From Endomicrobiales bacterium (GTDB lineage Bacteria > Elusimicrobiota > Endomicrobiia > Endomicrobiales > JALOBY01), in assembly GCA_963796955.1 (NCBI GenBank), contig CAWCNJ010000005.1, forward strand, positions 96,001-160,000: a stretch of DNA of 64,000 nucleotides, read 5' to 3'. The position numbers were made by a program, and so were the translations under genes. The first letter of the stretch is position 1; each line of letters opens with the position of its first letter. The notes under the pieces are model-generated. The model was given only the letters and a program-made list of their open reading frames with translations, had not been told where the DNA came from and ran no database searches. Positions 53,617-64,000 of this stretch are shown here, piece after piece.

Positions 53617-54213
53617 TTACATAACTCCCAGTATCGCCGAGATAGATTTTTCCGGCAGCATCTGCGAATGTTCCGTCAGGGAAATACCGATACGGCGTGC
53701 GCCGAGCCAGTGGAGAAGATCGTTCTGCCCGGTCACCGGCCAGTCGCCGTAGCCGGGGGAAAATCTCATCGTGCAGGTCTCTCCGCGCTGCGCGGCTTCA
53801 TCGCAGAGCCGGGCGTTAGCCATCTCCGCCAGCAATTCTGCGGCCTCGGAACCGATCGCATCCAGCATCAGCGCGCGGGTTGTTTCCTTCTGTTGAATGT
53901 AGAGGGTCCTTTTTTCTTCAAGGTGGCGTCCGATAGTAACGGCAAAGCCGTACGCGGCTTTACAGGCGGCCAATAGTTTGTGGATGGAATTGCTTTTAAT
54001 GACCAGTCCGGGCTCCAGTGTGATCACGCCGGGCGCTGCCGTAATGGGCGAAAAAGCGGTTATCAGCCGCGGCATTATTAGACGGGGTGCGAACGCCATT
54101 TCTTCGTCCAGCAATTGCCTGGTACGGGCGTCAAGAAGCGTTTTGCCTTTGGCAAAGCGCAGCCTTGAAAGCACTTTATCGATCGGAACTACGATCTTCT
54201 GCGGGAATTCCAT
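53617..54213 (-). CDS. Stand-alone methionine synthase activation domain
   Basis: FAVTIG, DAIGSEAAE, RFSPGYGDW, PEKSISA. Confidence 0.9.
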   Translation of the reverse strand: MEFPQKIVVPIDKVLSRLRFAKGKTLLDARTRQLLDEEMAFAPRLIMPRLITAFSPITAAPGVITLEPGLVIKSNSIHKLLAACKAAYGFAVTIGRHLEEKRTLYIQQKETTRALMLDAIGSEAAELLAEMANARLCDEAAQRGETCTMRFSPGYGDWPVTGQNDLLHWLGARRIGISLTEHSQMLPEKSISAILGVM

Positions 54214-54309
54214 CCGGTAATATTACCAAAAACAGGCGGGAAACGCCAACCGCGCGGCCGCAATAGCAGGCACAATGGTGCCCGGGTTGTCGCGGCCGCG
54301 CGGCCGTAT

Positions 54310-54771
54310 TTATCGTCCGGACATCGCGGGCTCTTTAATGCCGTTCTTTTCCGTCTCGAACGTTGCGGCCAGCTCATTGGCCTTTTTGCGGTCAAAGACC
54401 TCGCGGGCATCGCTGAACAGGGTGCTTTCTTCCTCGTCAATGTGTTCTTCCACCACTTCCCGCAGCACGTCGATCTTCGCTATTCTGTGCTCCAGGTCGT
54501 CTTCGGGGACGCCCGTAATGTCCTTAATGATCTGGCGCGCGATGTTGTGTTCTTCAATGGCTTTCAGCGCGTCTTGTTTTGAAATATCGTTTTCCAGGAG
54601 CGGCGCGTAAAAAATTTTTTCTTCGCTTTGCATATGCGCGTCCAGCTCTTTTTGTATGTGCTCGAATGTGGAACTTAAAAAGCCGCTGTCCGGCTGTTCC
54701 TGCTTTTCTATGGACCTGAATAGTTTCTTGACCGTCCGGTGATCCTGCTTCAGTGCATCGTAGATGTTCAT
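54310..54771 (-). CDS. Hemerythrin/HHE-domain protein
   Basis: DH, HMQSEE..FY, EEH, HIDEEE..LF. Confidence 0.88.
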   Translation of the reverse strand: MNIYDALKQDHRTVKKLFRSIEKQEQPDSGFLSSTFEHIQKELDAHMQSEEKIFYAPLLENDISKQDALKAIEEHNIARQIIKDITGVPEDDLEHRIAKIDVLREVVEEHIDEEESTLFSDAREVFDRKKANELAATFETEKNGIKEPAMSGR

Positions 54772-54970
54772 AAACCCCCCTTTGCCCTCAATTTCTTCTG
54801 CAGTAAAAGTTTAGCACTCTACGGCGGAACGGTTAAATAGGTTGATACCGCTTTTTACTGATACCGTTGACTGCCGGCAAAAGAGTCATGTGTTGGTGGA
54901 GCCGGTCAATGGTTTAGCAACGGCGGATTTACTAGCATTGCTCATATTGTTTTTCAAGGCGGGTAACGCT

Positions 54971-55555
54971 ATGGCGCAACTATTCGGGCCTGGGGCCAAC
55001 TCCATTTTTCGTCGAAGCATACTGGCTGCGGCCCTGCTGATCGGGGCGAGCCTTGTCGTCATCGATCTGTACCCGCGTTCCAGGCTCAGCACCGGCACGG
55101 CGGGCTTTGTGCGGCAGGATATACCGTTCAGCCACGAGCATCATGTCAAGGAGATCGGTATCGATTGCCGCTTCTGTCACCAGTTCCCCGATCAAAGTTC
55201 TTTTGCGGGCCTTCCCCAGACCCAGACCTGCATGAAATGCCACCGGGTGTTATTCAAGGACGCTCCGATGCTGGCGCCCGTCAGGGAAAGTTTCAGCAGC
55301 GGGAAACCGCTCTCCTGGAACCGCGTGTACGACCTGCCCGATTTCGTTTACTTCGACCATAGCATACACGTAGCGGCGGGGGTGCAATGCCAAACCTGCC
55401 ACGGCGACCTCGGCAGCATGCCCTGGACGCGCAAGGTCGATCCCTTCTTTATGCACCGCTGTCTCCAGTGCCACTTGAAAGCGGGGGTATACGTGAAAAC
55501 CGCAACCGCCGGCGATATGACAACGCTCACGAACTGCTCAACGTGCCACAGGTAA
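54971..55555 (+). CDS. actA: Alternative complex III pentaheme cytochrome c subunit
   Basis: MAQLF start, one TM, five CxxCH (CRFCH, CMKCH, CQTCH, CLQCH, CSTCH), LPDFVYFDHSIH. Confidence 0.93.
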   Translation: MAQLFGPGANSIFRRSILAAALLIGASLVVIDLYPRSRLSTGTAGFVRQDIPFSHEHHVKEIGIDCRFCHQFPDQSSFAGLPQTQTCMKCHRVLFKDAPMLAPVRESFSSGKPLSWNRVYDLPDFVYFDHSIHVAAGVQCQTCHGDLGSMPWTRKVDPFFMHRCLQCHLKAGVYVKTATAGDMTTLTNCSTCHR

Positions 55556-55560
55556 AGATC

Positions 55561-58410
55561 ATGACGATAAAAAACGACGTACATCCCTTGAATTTCAGTT
55601 TAACGCGCAGATCCTTCCTGAAGCTGGCGGGCGCGCAGCTGATGATGCTTTCCCTGGCCGGCTGTCTGGAACCGTTAAAAAAAATAGTACCCTTTGCCCG
55701 TTCCCCGAAGACCTGGTGCCCGGCAAGCCGCTGTTTTACGCGAGCACCCTCTCATACGAGGGTTTTGCCCGCGGGGTCCTGGTGGAAAGTCATCTGGGCA
55801 GGCCGACTAAACTGGAAGGGAATCCGCTGCACCCCGACAGCCTGGGCGCGAGCGATGCGATCACCCAGGCGGCGATCTATCAGTTGTACGATCCGACACG
55901 TTCAAGATTGGTGCTGAACAACGGTCTGCCTTCCTCATGGAGTCATTTCAATACGGCATTGAAAGCGCGCCTGGATAACCTGGCACTGCGGCAGGGTGAA
56001 GGTTTGCGCTTGCTTTCCCGCCCGATCATTTCTCCCTCGTTCGCCGCATTGCGCAGGCAGATCAGCGCGAAATTCCCGAAAGCGGTCTGGCATCAGTTCA
56101 GTCCTTTAGAACCCGGTCACGGGTCTCAGGCGCTGCTGGCGTTATACGGCCGGGCGGTGCAGCCGGTGTACGATCTGCGTAAGGCGAACGTCATCGTTGC
56201 CATTGAAAGCGATTTTCTCTCGCGCGGTCCCGGTGCCATTGCGTACGCGCGGGCGTTCGGCGAACGCAGGCAGACCGATCCCGCCCGGATAGACCTTAAC
56301 CGGCTCTATGCGCTGGAAGCAAGCCCGACGATCACCGGCGCAACGGCGGACCACCGCCTGCCGCTGCACCCGGCGGAAACAGTAATATTCACCTACGCGC
56401 TCTACGATCTGCTGCGGGGCGTAGAGAGCGGCCGCGAAAATTCTTTGACAGTCGAAAAAAAAGAATTTTTGCGAGCCCTGGCGCACGACCTGCGCGCGAA
56501 CCGCGGCCGCAGTCTGATCATCGCCGGGCCGGAGCAGTCCGCCTCTATCCATACCGTGACGGCGCTGCTTAACGACCTGCTCGGCAATACCGGCACGACG
56601 GTAACCTATGTGCCGGCACTGCAGGAATTCCCGGAGGCCTACGCCGATTCCATTGCGCAGCTTACTGTTGCTCTTAACAGCAACAGTGTCAGCGATCTGA
56701 TCATTCTCGATTGTAACGCGGCCTACAGCGCGCCAGGCTATCTTGCGTTCCCGCAGGCGTGCCGTAAGGCCCCGTTCATGTGCTATCTCGGTTCTTTCAA
56801 CGACGAAACCGCGCAGCAGGCGACTTGGCACATTCCCATGGCGGATGAACTGGAGTCCTGGGGCGACCTGCGGGCCTACGACGGCACGGTAAGCCTGCGC
56901 CAGCCGGCGATAGCGCCGCTCTACAACGGGATCAGCGACTACGAGCTGTGTCTGGCGGTGCTCGGCCGGAATCGGGAGCAGTATGATGAAGTGATACGGG
57001 ACTACTGGAAGGGGAAACGGGGCGGTTTGGATTTTGATGCCTTCTGGCATACCTCCGTGCAGGACGGCGTGATGGCGGGCACAGCCTTCCGTCCGGTAAC
57101 GGTAACGCAAAAACGAGCCGCGCCGGGAGAACCGGAAAAAATAACGCAAACGAAACCGGTGATGCAGATCCGGCCCGATCCCCGCATCCTTGACGGAAGA
57201 TTTTCCAATAACAGCTGGCTGCAGGAATTACCGAAGCCTGTTACGCAATTAACCTGGGGCAACGCTGCGCTGCTGGCGCCGCCCACCGCCGAAAAGATGC
57301 GGTTGGCTGACGGAGACGTCGTACGAATAGCGGCAGGCACCGCCACCGTAGAGGCGCCGGTCTGCATTGTTCCCGGCCAGGCCGCCGGTGTGTTGACGGT
57401 CCACCTGGGCTACGGCACAACGCGCGCGGGTAACGGTCTCGGTCTTGGTTTTAACGCCTCCATGTTGCAAAACGCCGGCCGGCTATGGCTGTCGGAAGAT
57501 ATCACCATAACGAAAACCGTCAAAAAAGAGCCGCTTGCCGTGACTCAGCATGACGGCACGTTGAACGACGATCGCCAGTTGCTGCGCCACGGTGATGTTG
57601 CACGATATATACGCGATCCCCAATTTGCGCGCGATGCCGTCCGCGCTCCCCAGGATCGGGAAACGCTCTACAAGCCGCAGGAGCATCTGGGCGGCACATA
57701 TCAATGGGCCATGTGCATAGACATCAGCAAATGTACGGGTTGCGGCGCCTGCACCATGGCTTGCCAGGTGGAGAACAATATCGCTGTCGTCGGAAAAAGA
57801 GAGGTTATACGGAACCGGCAGATGCACTGGATCCGCGTAGACCGCTATTTTTCCGGTTCCGGCGCCGCTCCGGAGATCTATCATCAGCCCGTGCCCTGTA
57901 TGCACTGCGAGGACGCGCCCTGCGAGCTGGTATGTCCGGTGGAAGCCACCAGCCACAGCCAGGAAGGCCTCAATGAAATGACCTACAACCGCTGTATCGG
58001 CACCCGGTATTGTTCCAACAACTGCCCCTACAAGGTGCGCCGCTTCAATTTTTTCGACTACAACAAACTTGCGCCGTCGCAATTGCAGGGCAAGAACCCG
58101 GATGTTACCATCCGGTCCCGCGGCATAATGGAAAAATGCACCTACTGTCTGCAACGGATCAATAAGGCGCGTATCACGGCGAAAAAGGAAGGCCGCAGGA
58201 TCCGCGACGGGGAAGTCGTGACCGCCTGCCAGCAGGCCTGCCCGACGGGCGCGATATTTTTCGGCGATATACGCGATAAGGGTTCACAGGTGAACCGTAA
58301 ACGGGCGCAGCCGTTGAATTACGCAATGATGGCAGAGACGGGGGTCCGCCCGCAGGACAACCTACCTTGCCTGCATCAGGAACCCGAACAGGGATATTAC
58401 AAAAGGATAG
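55561..58410 (+). CDS. actB: Alternative complex III subunit B (molybdopterin-oxidoreductase-like plus Fe-S domain); apparent indels ~55705 and ~58352
   Basis: Tat signal [68 protein letters not shown]. Confidence 0.93.
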
Positions 58411-58414
58411 CGGC

Positions 58415-59782
58415 ATGATGGAGTCGGCAGAGAAATTAATCACCGGTAAAGCAACGTTCGAGAGCATCGCGCGCCAGATCGTGAGCATCCCCCTCGAACG
58501 CGGGTTCAGCGCGCAGTTGTTGTTCGTCCTGTCGGGCGCCTTCGTCTTGTTCTTTATACTGGGCATCGCGATCATCTGGCTGCTGATAAAGGGCGTCGGC
58601 ATCTGGGGCGTGAATATTCCCGTCGCCTGGGGCTTTGCCATCGTCAATTTCGTCTGGTGGATCGGTATCGGCCACGCGGGCACGTTCATCTCCGCTTTCC
58701 TGGTGCTGCTGCATCAGGAATGGCGCGCCTCCATAAATCGTTTCGCCGAAACGATAACCTTGTTCGCGGTGATATGCGCCGGCCTGTTCCCGCTGCTGCA
58801 TCTTGGCCGGCCGCGGTTCTTTTACTGGCTGGTGCCCTATCCCAACAGCATGTGGTTGTGGCCGCAGTTCCGCAGCGCGCTGGTGTGGGATTTTTTCGCG
58901 GTCTCCACCTACTTTACCGTCTCATTATTGTTCTGGTACACGGGCCTTATACCGGATCTGGCGCTTGCGCGCGACCAGGCGCGGGATGGGTGGCTGAAGC
59001 GGTTTTACGCCCTGTAAGCCTCGGCTGGCGCGGGGCGGGCAGGCACTGGCAGCGTTATCAGAAATTGTACTTGCTGTTAGCGGGCCTTGCGACGCCGCTG
59101 GTGGTCTCGGTGCACACGGTGGTCAGCTTTGATTTCGCCGACCGCTATTTTGCCGGGCTGGCATTCCACCATATTCCCGCCGTACTTCGTTGCAGGAGCG
59201 TTGTTTTCCGGTTTTGCCATGGTGCTTACGCTGATGCTGCCGATACGCCGGCTCTACGGTCTGGAGAATATTATAACCGACGTGCACCTGGACCGCATCA
59301 GCCAGTTGATGCTGGCAACGGGGACCATCGTCGGTTACGGCTATGTGATGGAAACCTTCATCTCCTGGTACAGCGGCAATCTGGGCGAGTGGTTCCACAC
59401 GCAAAACCAATTGCTCGGGCCCTACGGCTATATATTCATGATCGTGCTGCTGTGCAACGTCGTCTCAATCCAGGTGTTGTGGTCGCACCGCGCCAGAAGA
59501 AGCCCGCTGCTGTTATTCATTCTCTCGATAATTATCAACATCGGCATGTGGTCGGAACGGTTCATGATCGTCATAGTAAGCCTGCACCGGGCCAAGATAC
59601 CGTCGAAGTGGGCCATGTATTACCCGACGGTCTGGGATTGGGCGACGGCGCTTGGTTCCATGGGGCTGTTCCTGCTGGGCTTCCTGTTGTTTTTTCGGGC
59701 CTTCCCCATGATAGCCAGTTTTGAGGTTAACCAGCTTGTATCGAAGGACAAGGAGAAGAACGATGGATCAGCGGCACCATAA
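58415..59782 (+). CDS. actC: Alternative complex III subunit C (NrfD/PsrC family); apparent indels ~59013 and ~59139
   Basis: [62 protein letters not shown]. Confidence 0.93.
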
Positions 59783-60314
59783 GACTGAAAATATCTACGG
59801 GGTGAGCGCGCGCTACGGCAGCAATGAGGAATTGCTGAACGGCGTACGGCTTACCGTTGCGGCCGGCTACCGCCGTTTCGAAACGTATTCTCCTTTTCCC
59901 TCACCGGGCATGGCGCAGGCCGCGCGGTACCGGCCCACGCGTATCCAGTGGGCCGTTTTTTTCGGCGGCCTGGCCGGCGGGATCGGCGGTTTTTTTATGC
60001 AGTATTACGCCTTTGTTATAGCGTATCCGCTGGATATCGGCGGCAGGCCTTTCAACAGCTGGCCGGCTTTTGTGCCGATAACCTTTGAAATGACCATCCT
60101 GTTCGCCGCGTTGAGCGGTTTTGCGGCCTTGCTGCTGGGATGTCGTCTGCCGCAGGTGTACCACCCGATGTTCAACGTGCCCGGTTTTGACCGTGCGACG
60201 ATGGATTCTTTTTTTCTCTGTATCAAAGCGACTGACGACAAATTTGAAGAAACCGAAGCGCATCTGTTCTTAAAAAGGACGAACCCGCATGATCAATATA
60301 CGGTCACTCAATAA
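59763..60314 (+). CDS. actD: Alternative complex III subunit D (DUF3341)
   Basis: YSPFP, YPLDIGGRP..SWPAFVPITFE. Confidence 0.9.
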   Translation: MDQRHHKTENIYGVSARYGSNEELLNGVRLTVAAGYRRFETYSPFPSPGMAQAARYRPTRIQWAVFFGGLAGGIGGFFMQYYAFVIAYPLDIGGRPFNSWPAFVPITFEMTILFAALSGFAALLLGCRLPQVYHPMFNVPGFDRATMDSFFLCIKATDDKFEETEAHLFLKRTNPHDQYTVTQ

Positions 60315-60768
60315 CTACCTTCCGGCGTTGTGCCTCCTGCTGCTCTTCGCCGGCTGCCAGAGAAAGCTGGCATACGAAGGCAAAATAAAACCGCTGGAAG
60401 GCGACGCCTTTTTTGCCGACGGAAGCTCTGCTAGAATGCCGGTGAAGGGTACCGTCCCGCGGGGAAGGATCGGAACACCCGCGGCGTCTGGCAAAGAGCT
60501 CATTGACCTCGGGAAGCGTCAGTACGGGATCTATTGTTCTATTTGTCACGGTCCGCGCGGCGCGGGTGACGGCATGGTCGTGCGCAGAGGTTTTACCAGG
60601 CCGCGCTCGTTCCTGCTGCCCGAACTGCGTAATGAGCCGCCGACCTATTACGTCCTGGTCATGGAACGCGGCTATAAGACCATGGATACGTTCCGCGATC
60701 TGGTGGACGCGCGCGGCAGGTTCGCGGTAGCGCGCTACATAAAAGATGTTTTGCAAAAGGAGCAGTAA
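60289..60768 (+). CDS. actE: Alternative complex III monoheme cytochrome c lipoprotein
   Basis: FAGC lipobox, FFADGSSARMPVKGTVPRG, CSICH. Confidence 0.9.
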   Translation: MINIRSLNNYLPALCLLLLFAGCQRKLAYEGKIKPLEGDAFFADGSSARMPVKGTVPRGRIGTPAASGKELIDLGKRQYGIYCSICHGPRGAGDGMVVRRGFTRPRSFLLPELRNEPPTYYVLVMERGYKTMDTFRDLVDARGRFAVARYIKDVLQKEQ

Positions 60769-61758
60769 ATGTTCTCTTTTCAAACTTTTATCGAAGGATA
60801 TTTTTTCGGCGCGCTGGCGGCGGTCAGCCTGCCTATAGGTGCCCTGGGCTTGCGGCTGCTGCATGCGCTGACCGGCGGCAAATGGGCCGGGCCGATAGAA
60901 AAGTATTACATCGCTGCCAGCCGCCTGATGCCGCTGGCTCTGCTTATCTGGGTACCCGTCATGGTTTGGGCGGCTCGCATATACACCTGGGCTCAGCCTG
61001 CCGCGGTAGCCGCCGATCCTCTGCTTATGCACAAAGCGGTCTATCTTAACGCCGGCTTTTTCAGCCTGCGCGCGATAGCGTATTTTGTCCTCTGGACGTT
61101 CTCGGTCTGGTGGTTGGATCGTGGTGAGCGGAAGAAAAATCTCTCAGGCCTGTTGAGCGTTGTGTATCTGCTCAGCGGTTCCTTTGCCGCTATTGATTGG
61201 GTCATGTCCCTTATGCCGCACTGGTACTCCACTATTTTCAGCTCCCTGGTACTTAACGGGCAGTTGTTGTTCGCCTATTGTTTCTCGCTGATGTGGAGCG
61301 GCTTTACCGCCGCGCCAAATGATATAGCTCTGAAAGGGGAAACCTATATCGACGAAGGTAATCTGCTTATGGCGCTGCTGATCTTCTGGGCGTATCTGGC
61401 CTTCTCGCAGCTGCTGATAATCTGGATGGGCAACGAGCCTGAGGAAATATCCTGGTACCTGATCCATATGGGCAACGGCTGGAAATTCATGGCCCCGTTG
61501 ATGGCGCTTGGCCAGCTGTTCGTTCCCTTCTTTCTGCTGCTCAGAAGGTCCTGGAAAGCGAATCCATTCTTTTTGGCCATGGTGGCGCTGCTGATCGTGC
61601 TGATGCGGTTTTGTGACATGGCCTGGAGTGTCTTCAGCAGTCTCGGCAGAGCGGTGAACGCCGTGTCGTTCCTGCACGTATTCGCCGCGGCAATGATATT
61701 TACCGTATACCTTTACGTTTGGCGCAGTCAGGTGCACAAGCCGGGGAGGGATGCATGA
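60769..61758 (+). CDS. actF: Alternative complex III subunit F
   Basis: HKAVYLN..FF, AIDWVMSL.PHWYSTIF, FWAYLAFSQLLIIW.GN.PEE. Confidence 0.9.
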   Translation: MFSFQTFIEGYFFGALAAVSLPIGALGLRLLHALTGGKWAGPIEKYYIAASRLMPLALLIWVPVMVWAARIYTWAQPAAVAADPLLMHKAVYLNAGFFSLRAIAYFVLWTFSVWWLDRGERKKNLSGLLSVVYLLSGSFAAIDWVMSLMPHWYSTIFSSLVLNGQLLFAYCFSLMWSGFTAAPNDIALKGETYIDEGNLLMALLIFWAYLAFSQLLIIWMGNEPEEISWYLIHMGNGWKFMAPLMALGQLFVPFFLLLRRSWKANPFFLAMVALLIVLMRFCDMAWSVFSSLGRAVNAVSFLHVFAAAMIFTVYLYVWRSQVHKPGRDA

Positions 61759-63116
61759 ATTTTCCACCATTCCTGATGCCGTATCTCGGTAACGGTATGG
61801 TGATCGGCCTGAACGCGGTCATTCACGTCTTGATCAGCCACGGCATCGCGGTAGGCGCTTTCGCAATGATGATCCTCGGCGAGAGCAAATTCGGCGGCTT
61901 TCTCAGCGGCATGCCGGCATTTCCCGGCTGGCGGGAATTCAATAAAGGCTTCCTGCGCTTTATCGTCTTTTCCATTACGATCGTGGGCCCGGTCACGGGC
62001 GCAGGTATCTGGTTCACCATAATGACGCTCGCTTCGGCCGGGCAGGGGCACATGGTGCGGGTCTTTTTCTGGATATGGTTCTTCGAGTATATTATATTTT
62101 TCGCCGAGGTCGTGGTCTTGCTGTTATTATATTTCCAATGGGACAAACTCTGGGAACGCAATAAGGGCGGTTTGGTAAAGCTCGGTGTTATCTATTCTCT
62201 GCTGGCGATAACCTCGGCGGTAAGCATTTCTGCGATCCTTGCCTTCATGCTGACGCCGGGCGCCTGGGTGCAAACCGGCAGTGTATGGGACGCCGTATTG
62301 AATCCTTCGTTCCTGCCGCAGGCGTTTTCCCGTGTGTCGTTCTCGTTCGTTCTCGGCTCCCTTATCGCGATGGCCGCCGTTGCGCTGCGGGGCCATATTT
62401 CCTTTCGACAAGCGGCGTCGCAGTTGTACGGGCGGGTGCTGCTGGTTTCGACGATCTCGTTCGCCCTCAGCCTGCTGGTCTATCTCTACATTATCCCACG
62501 CGCCTTCGCCACACAGATCTCTTTCGCGGTATTGTCGTCTCATTTTTCCCGGTATCCCACGCTGTTGAGTTTCGCGAACATGGTATTTTTCGCAACGCTC
62601 ATCGCCTGCGCTGTCGCCGCGCGGACGTGCAATCGTACATCGCGGGCGTTGATCATTCCCGCATTGCTTTCTATCGTCGTGCTGGTGATCCAGTTCGAAC
62701 GTGTGCGCGAATTTATCCGCGGCCCCTACCTGATGCCCGGCCACATGTACGCCAACGGCCTGACCCTGGAAGAAATGCCGTTCTTGAAAGAGCATGGCCT
62801 GGCCGCGGCGAGCCCGTGGTACCTTTCAGTGTACCCGAAAGACGAGCTCAGCCACGGCGCTTTCATCTTCGCCCAAAACTGCGCTATCTGCCATACGGTC
62901 GGCGGCCTCAACAATATCCGTTCCCGCTTGAAAGGCAGAACCATCGACGGCATTTACGTGATCATCGGTAACATCCATGAAATGGTGCCGTTCATGCCGC
63001 CGTTCGCCGGCAGCCACACCGAGCGCCGCACGCTCGCCGTATATCTGGACAGGGTTAACCGCGAAGGTGTGCGGTTCAGATCCATCACGCGCGCGGTGCT
63101 GGAGCCGTTCCAATGA
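61755..63116 (+). CDS. Cytochrome bd subunit I (CydA)-like protein with C-terminal c-type heme domain
   Basis: AVIHVLISH, GPVTGAGIW, FEYIIFFAE, FMLTPG, ERVREFIRGPY; C-terminal CAICH..MPPF. Confidence 0.8.
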   Translation: MNFPPFLMPYLGNGMVIGLNAVIHVLISHGIAVGAFAMMILGESKFGGFLSGMPAFPGWREFNKGFLRFIVFSITIVGPVTGAGIWFTIMTLASAGQGHMVRVFFWIWFFEYIIFFAEVVVLLLLYFQWDKLWERNKGGLVKLGVIYSLLAITSAVSISAILAFMLTPGAWVQTGSVWDAVLNPSFLPQAFSRVSFSFVLGSLIAMAAVALRGHISFRQAASQLYGRVLLVSTISFALSLLVYLYIIPRAFATQISFAVLSSHFSRYPTLLSFANMVFFATLIACAVAARTCNRTSRALIIPALLSIVVLVIQFERVREFIRGPYLMPGHMYANGLTLEEMPFLKEHGLAAASPWYLSVYPKDELSHGAFIFAQNCAICHTVGGLNNIRSRLKGRTIDGIYVIIGNIHEMVPFMPPFAGSHTERRTLAVYLDRVNREGVRFRSITRAVLEPFQ

Positions 63117-64000
63117 ATTCCCTCTTCGATCTTTCACTACCGCGGCCGTTTCCCGGCGCCTTTTATCAGCCGGTGGAATTCTTCTTTTTCGTGCTCCATT
63201 TTTTCTTCGTGCTCTTAACGGTGGGCAGCGCCTTCTTCGCGGTATCGGCCATGTGCCGCAGAAGGTACCAGGGCCGCGCACCCTCCAACAGTGCGAAGGC
63301 AGAACAGCCCATGGCTCTGCTGCCCGTCTATTTTGCCGCCAAAAGCCTTATGATCAGTTTCGGTATCGCGGTGCTGCTGTTCGTCGCTGCCTATTACTCC
63401 GTGCCCTTTACGGGTGCCGCCAACCTCAACGGCGGTTTCTGGATGGCGATCATCGTGCTATTGAGCCTGGCCCTGATATTGCTGGAAGCCGTCGACCGGG
63501 ACAAGCAAACCGCAACGCGCAAAATATATCTGTGGACGGCGATCATGGGCTTGGCGCTGCTGCTGGTGGTGCCGGCGATCTTCGTGGCCTTCGTGGTAAG
63601 CGCGGAAAATCCCGGCCGCTGGCCCGAAATATTCCGGCACGGTCTGCTGTTCACACCGCTGTTCCCGCACTGGCTGGCGCGGCTGCTGCACGTGTACGGC
63701 GGCGCCGTCGTGACGGCGGGTCTGTTCTTTCAGATCTATGCCGCCTGGACCGGGAAAAAGTCTCCTGTGGAGCCGGATCTGGTGTTCGCGGCCGTTATGG
63801 TCCAGATCGTGCTCGGCATCATGCTGTACATGTCCATGCCGTCGACGCCGGGCATCGTCATGAACATATTTGTCGTCGCGGGCGCGGCGGCGGCGGTGTG
63901 GCTCGGCTGGCTTATGTACGCCAGGAAGCCAACTGCGGACGGAAAATATCTTTTATCGGCGTCGCTGGCGCTGATACTGCTGCCCATGCTGCTGGCACGA
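63113..64000 (+). CDS. CydA'-like multi-pass membrane protein, 3'-partial (missing from the ORF track)
   Basis: ATG overlaps the upstream stop; MNSLFDLSLPRP..FVLHFFFV..FGIAVLLF..WLARLLHVYGG; reads open to the window end. Confidence 0.7.
   Translation, partial: MNSLFDLSLPRPFPGAFYQPVEFFFFVLHFFFVLLTVGSAFFAVSAMCRRRYQGRAPSNSAKAEQPMALLPVYFAAKSLMISFGIAVLLFVAAYYSVPFTGAANLNGGFWMAIIVLLSLALILLEAVDRDKQTATRKIYLWTAIMGLALLLVVPAIFVAFVVSAENPGRWPEIFRHGLLFTPLFPHWLARLLHVYGGAVVTAGLFFQIYAAWTGKKSPVEPDLVFAAVMVQIVLGIMLYMSMPSTPGIVMNIFVVAGAAAAVWLGWLMYARKPTADGKYLLSASLALILLPMLLAR

Noticed and set aside
51199..54213. Split methionine synthase as a novelty
   Set aside because: A separate activation-domain gene is an established arrangement (e.g. 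Thermotoga)
55561..59782. Split actB and actC as a degraded ACIII operon
   Set aside because: Same single-indel pattern as in the essential genes; all cofactor motifs are preserved

Overview
This is a bacterial chromosomal origin region, probably from Elusimicrobiota or a related lineage (inferred from gene style and the giant-protein N-terminus; not verified). The left end carries a minus-strand giant gene of at least 2272 aa (2..6817) that the ORF track misses because it runs off the window. It encodes a signal peptide, a TraB/GumN/ChaN-like N-domain, an AT-rich APH-kinase module and a HAD module, and it contains in-frame heptamer palindromic inserts. Next come an upstream leader-like ORF, a lipoprotein, a candidate structured RNA, tRNA-Glu, serS, TPR-SpoIID, a TolC/MFP/two-RND operon, a two-component system with a sigma factor, a parS-flanked radical SAM gene and parAB. 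The core is rpmH-rnpA-yidD-yidC-jag-mnmE-rsmA, oriC/dnaA-dnaN-dciA-gyrB-gyrA, folD and a split metH. The right end has a hemerythrin gene divergent from an alternative complex III operon (actABCDEF) that runs straight into a cytochrome c-fused CydA/CydA'-like oxidase pair. Frameshifts in essential genes (dnaA, gyrB, gyrA) and in mnmE, actB and actC look like assembly indel errors rather than pseudogenes.
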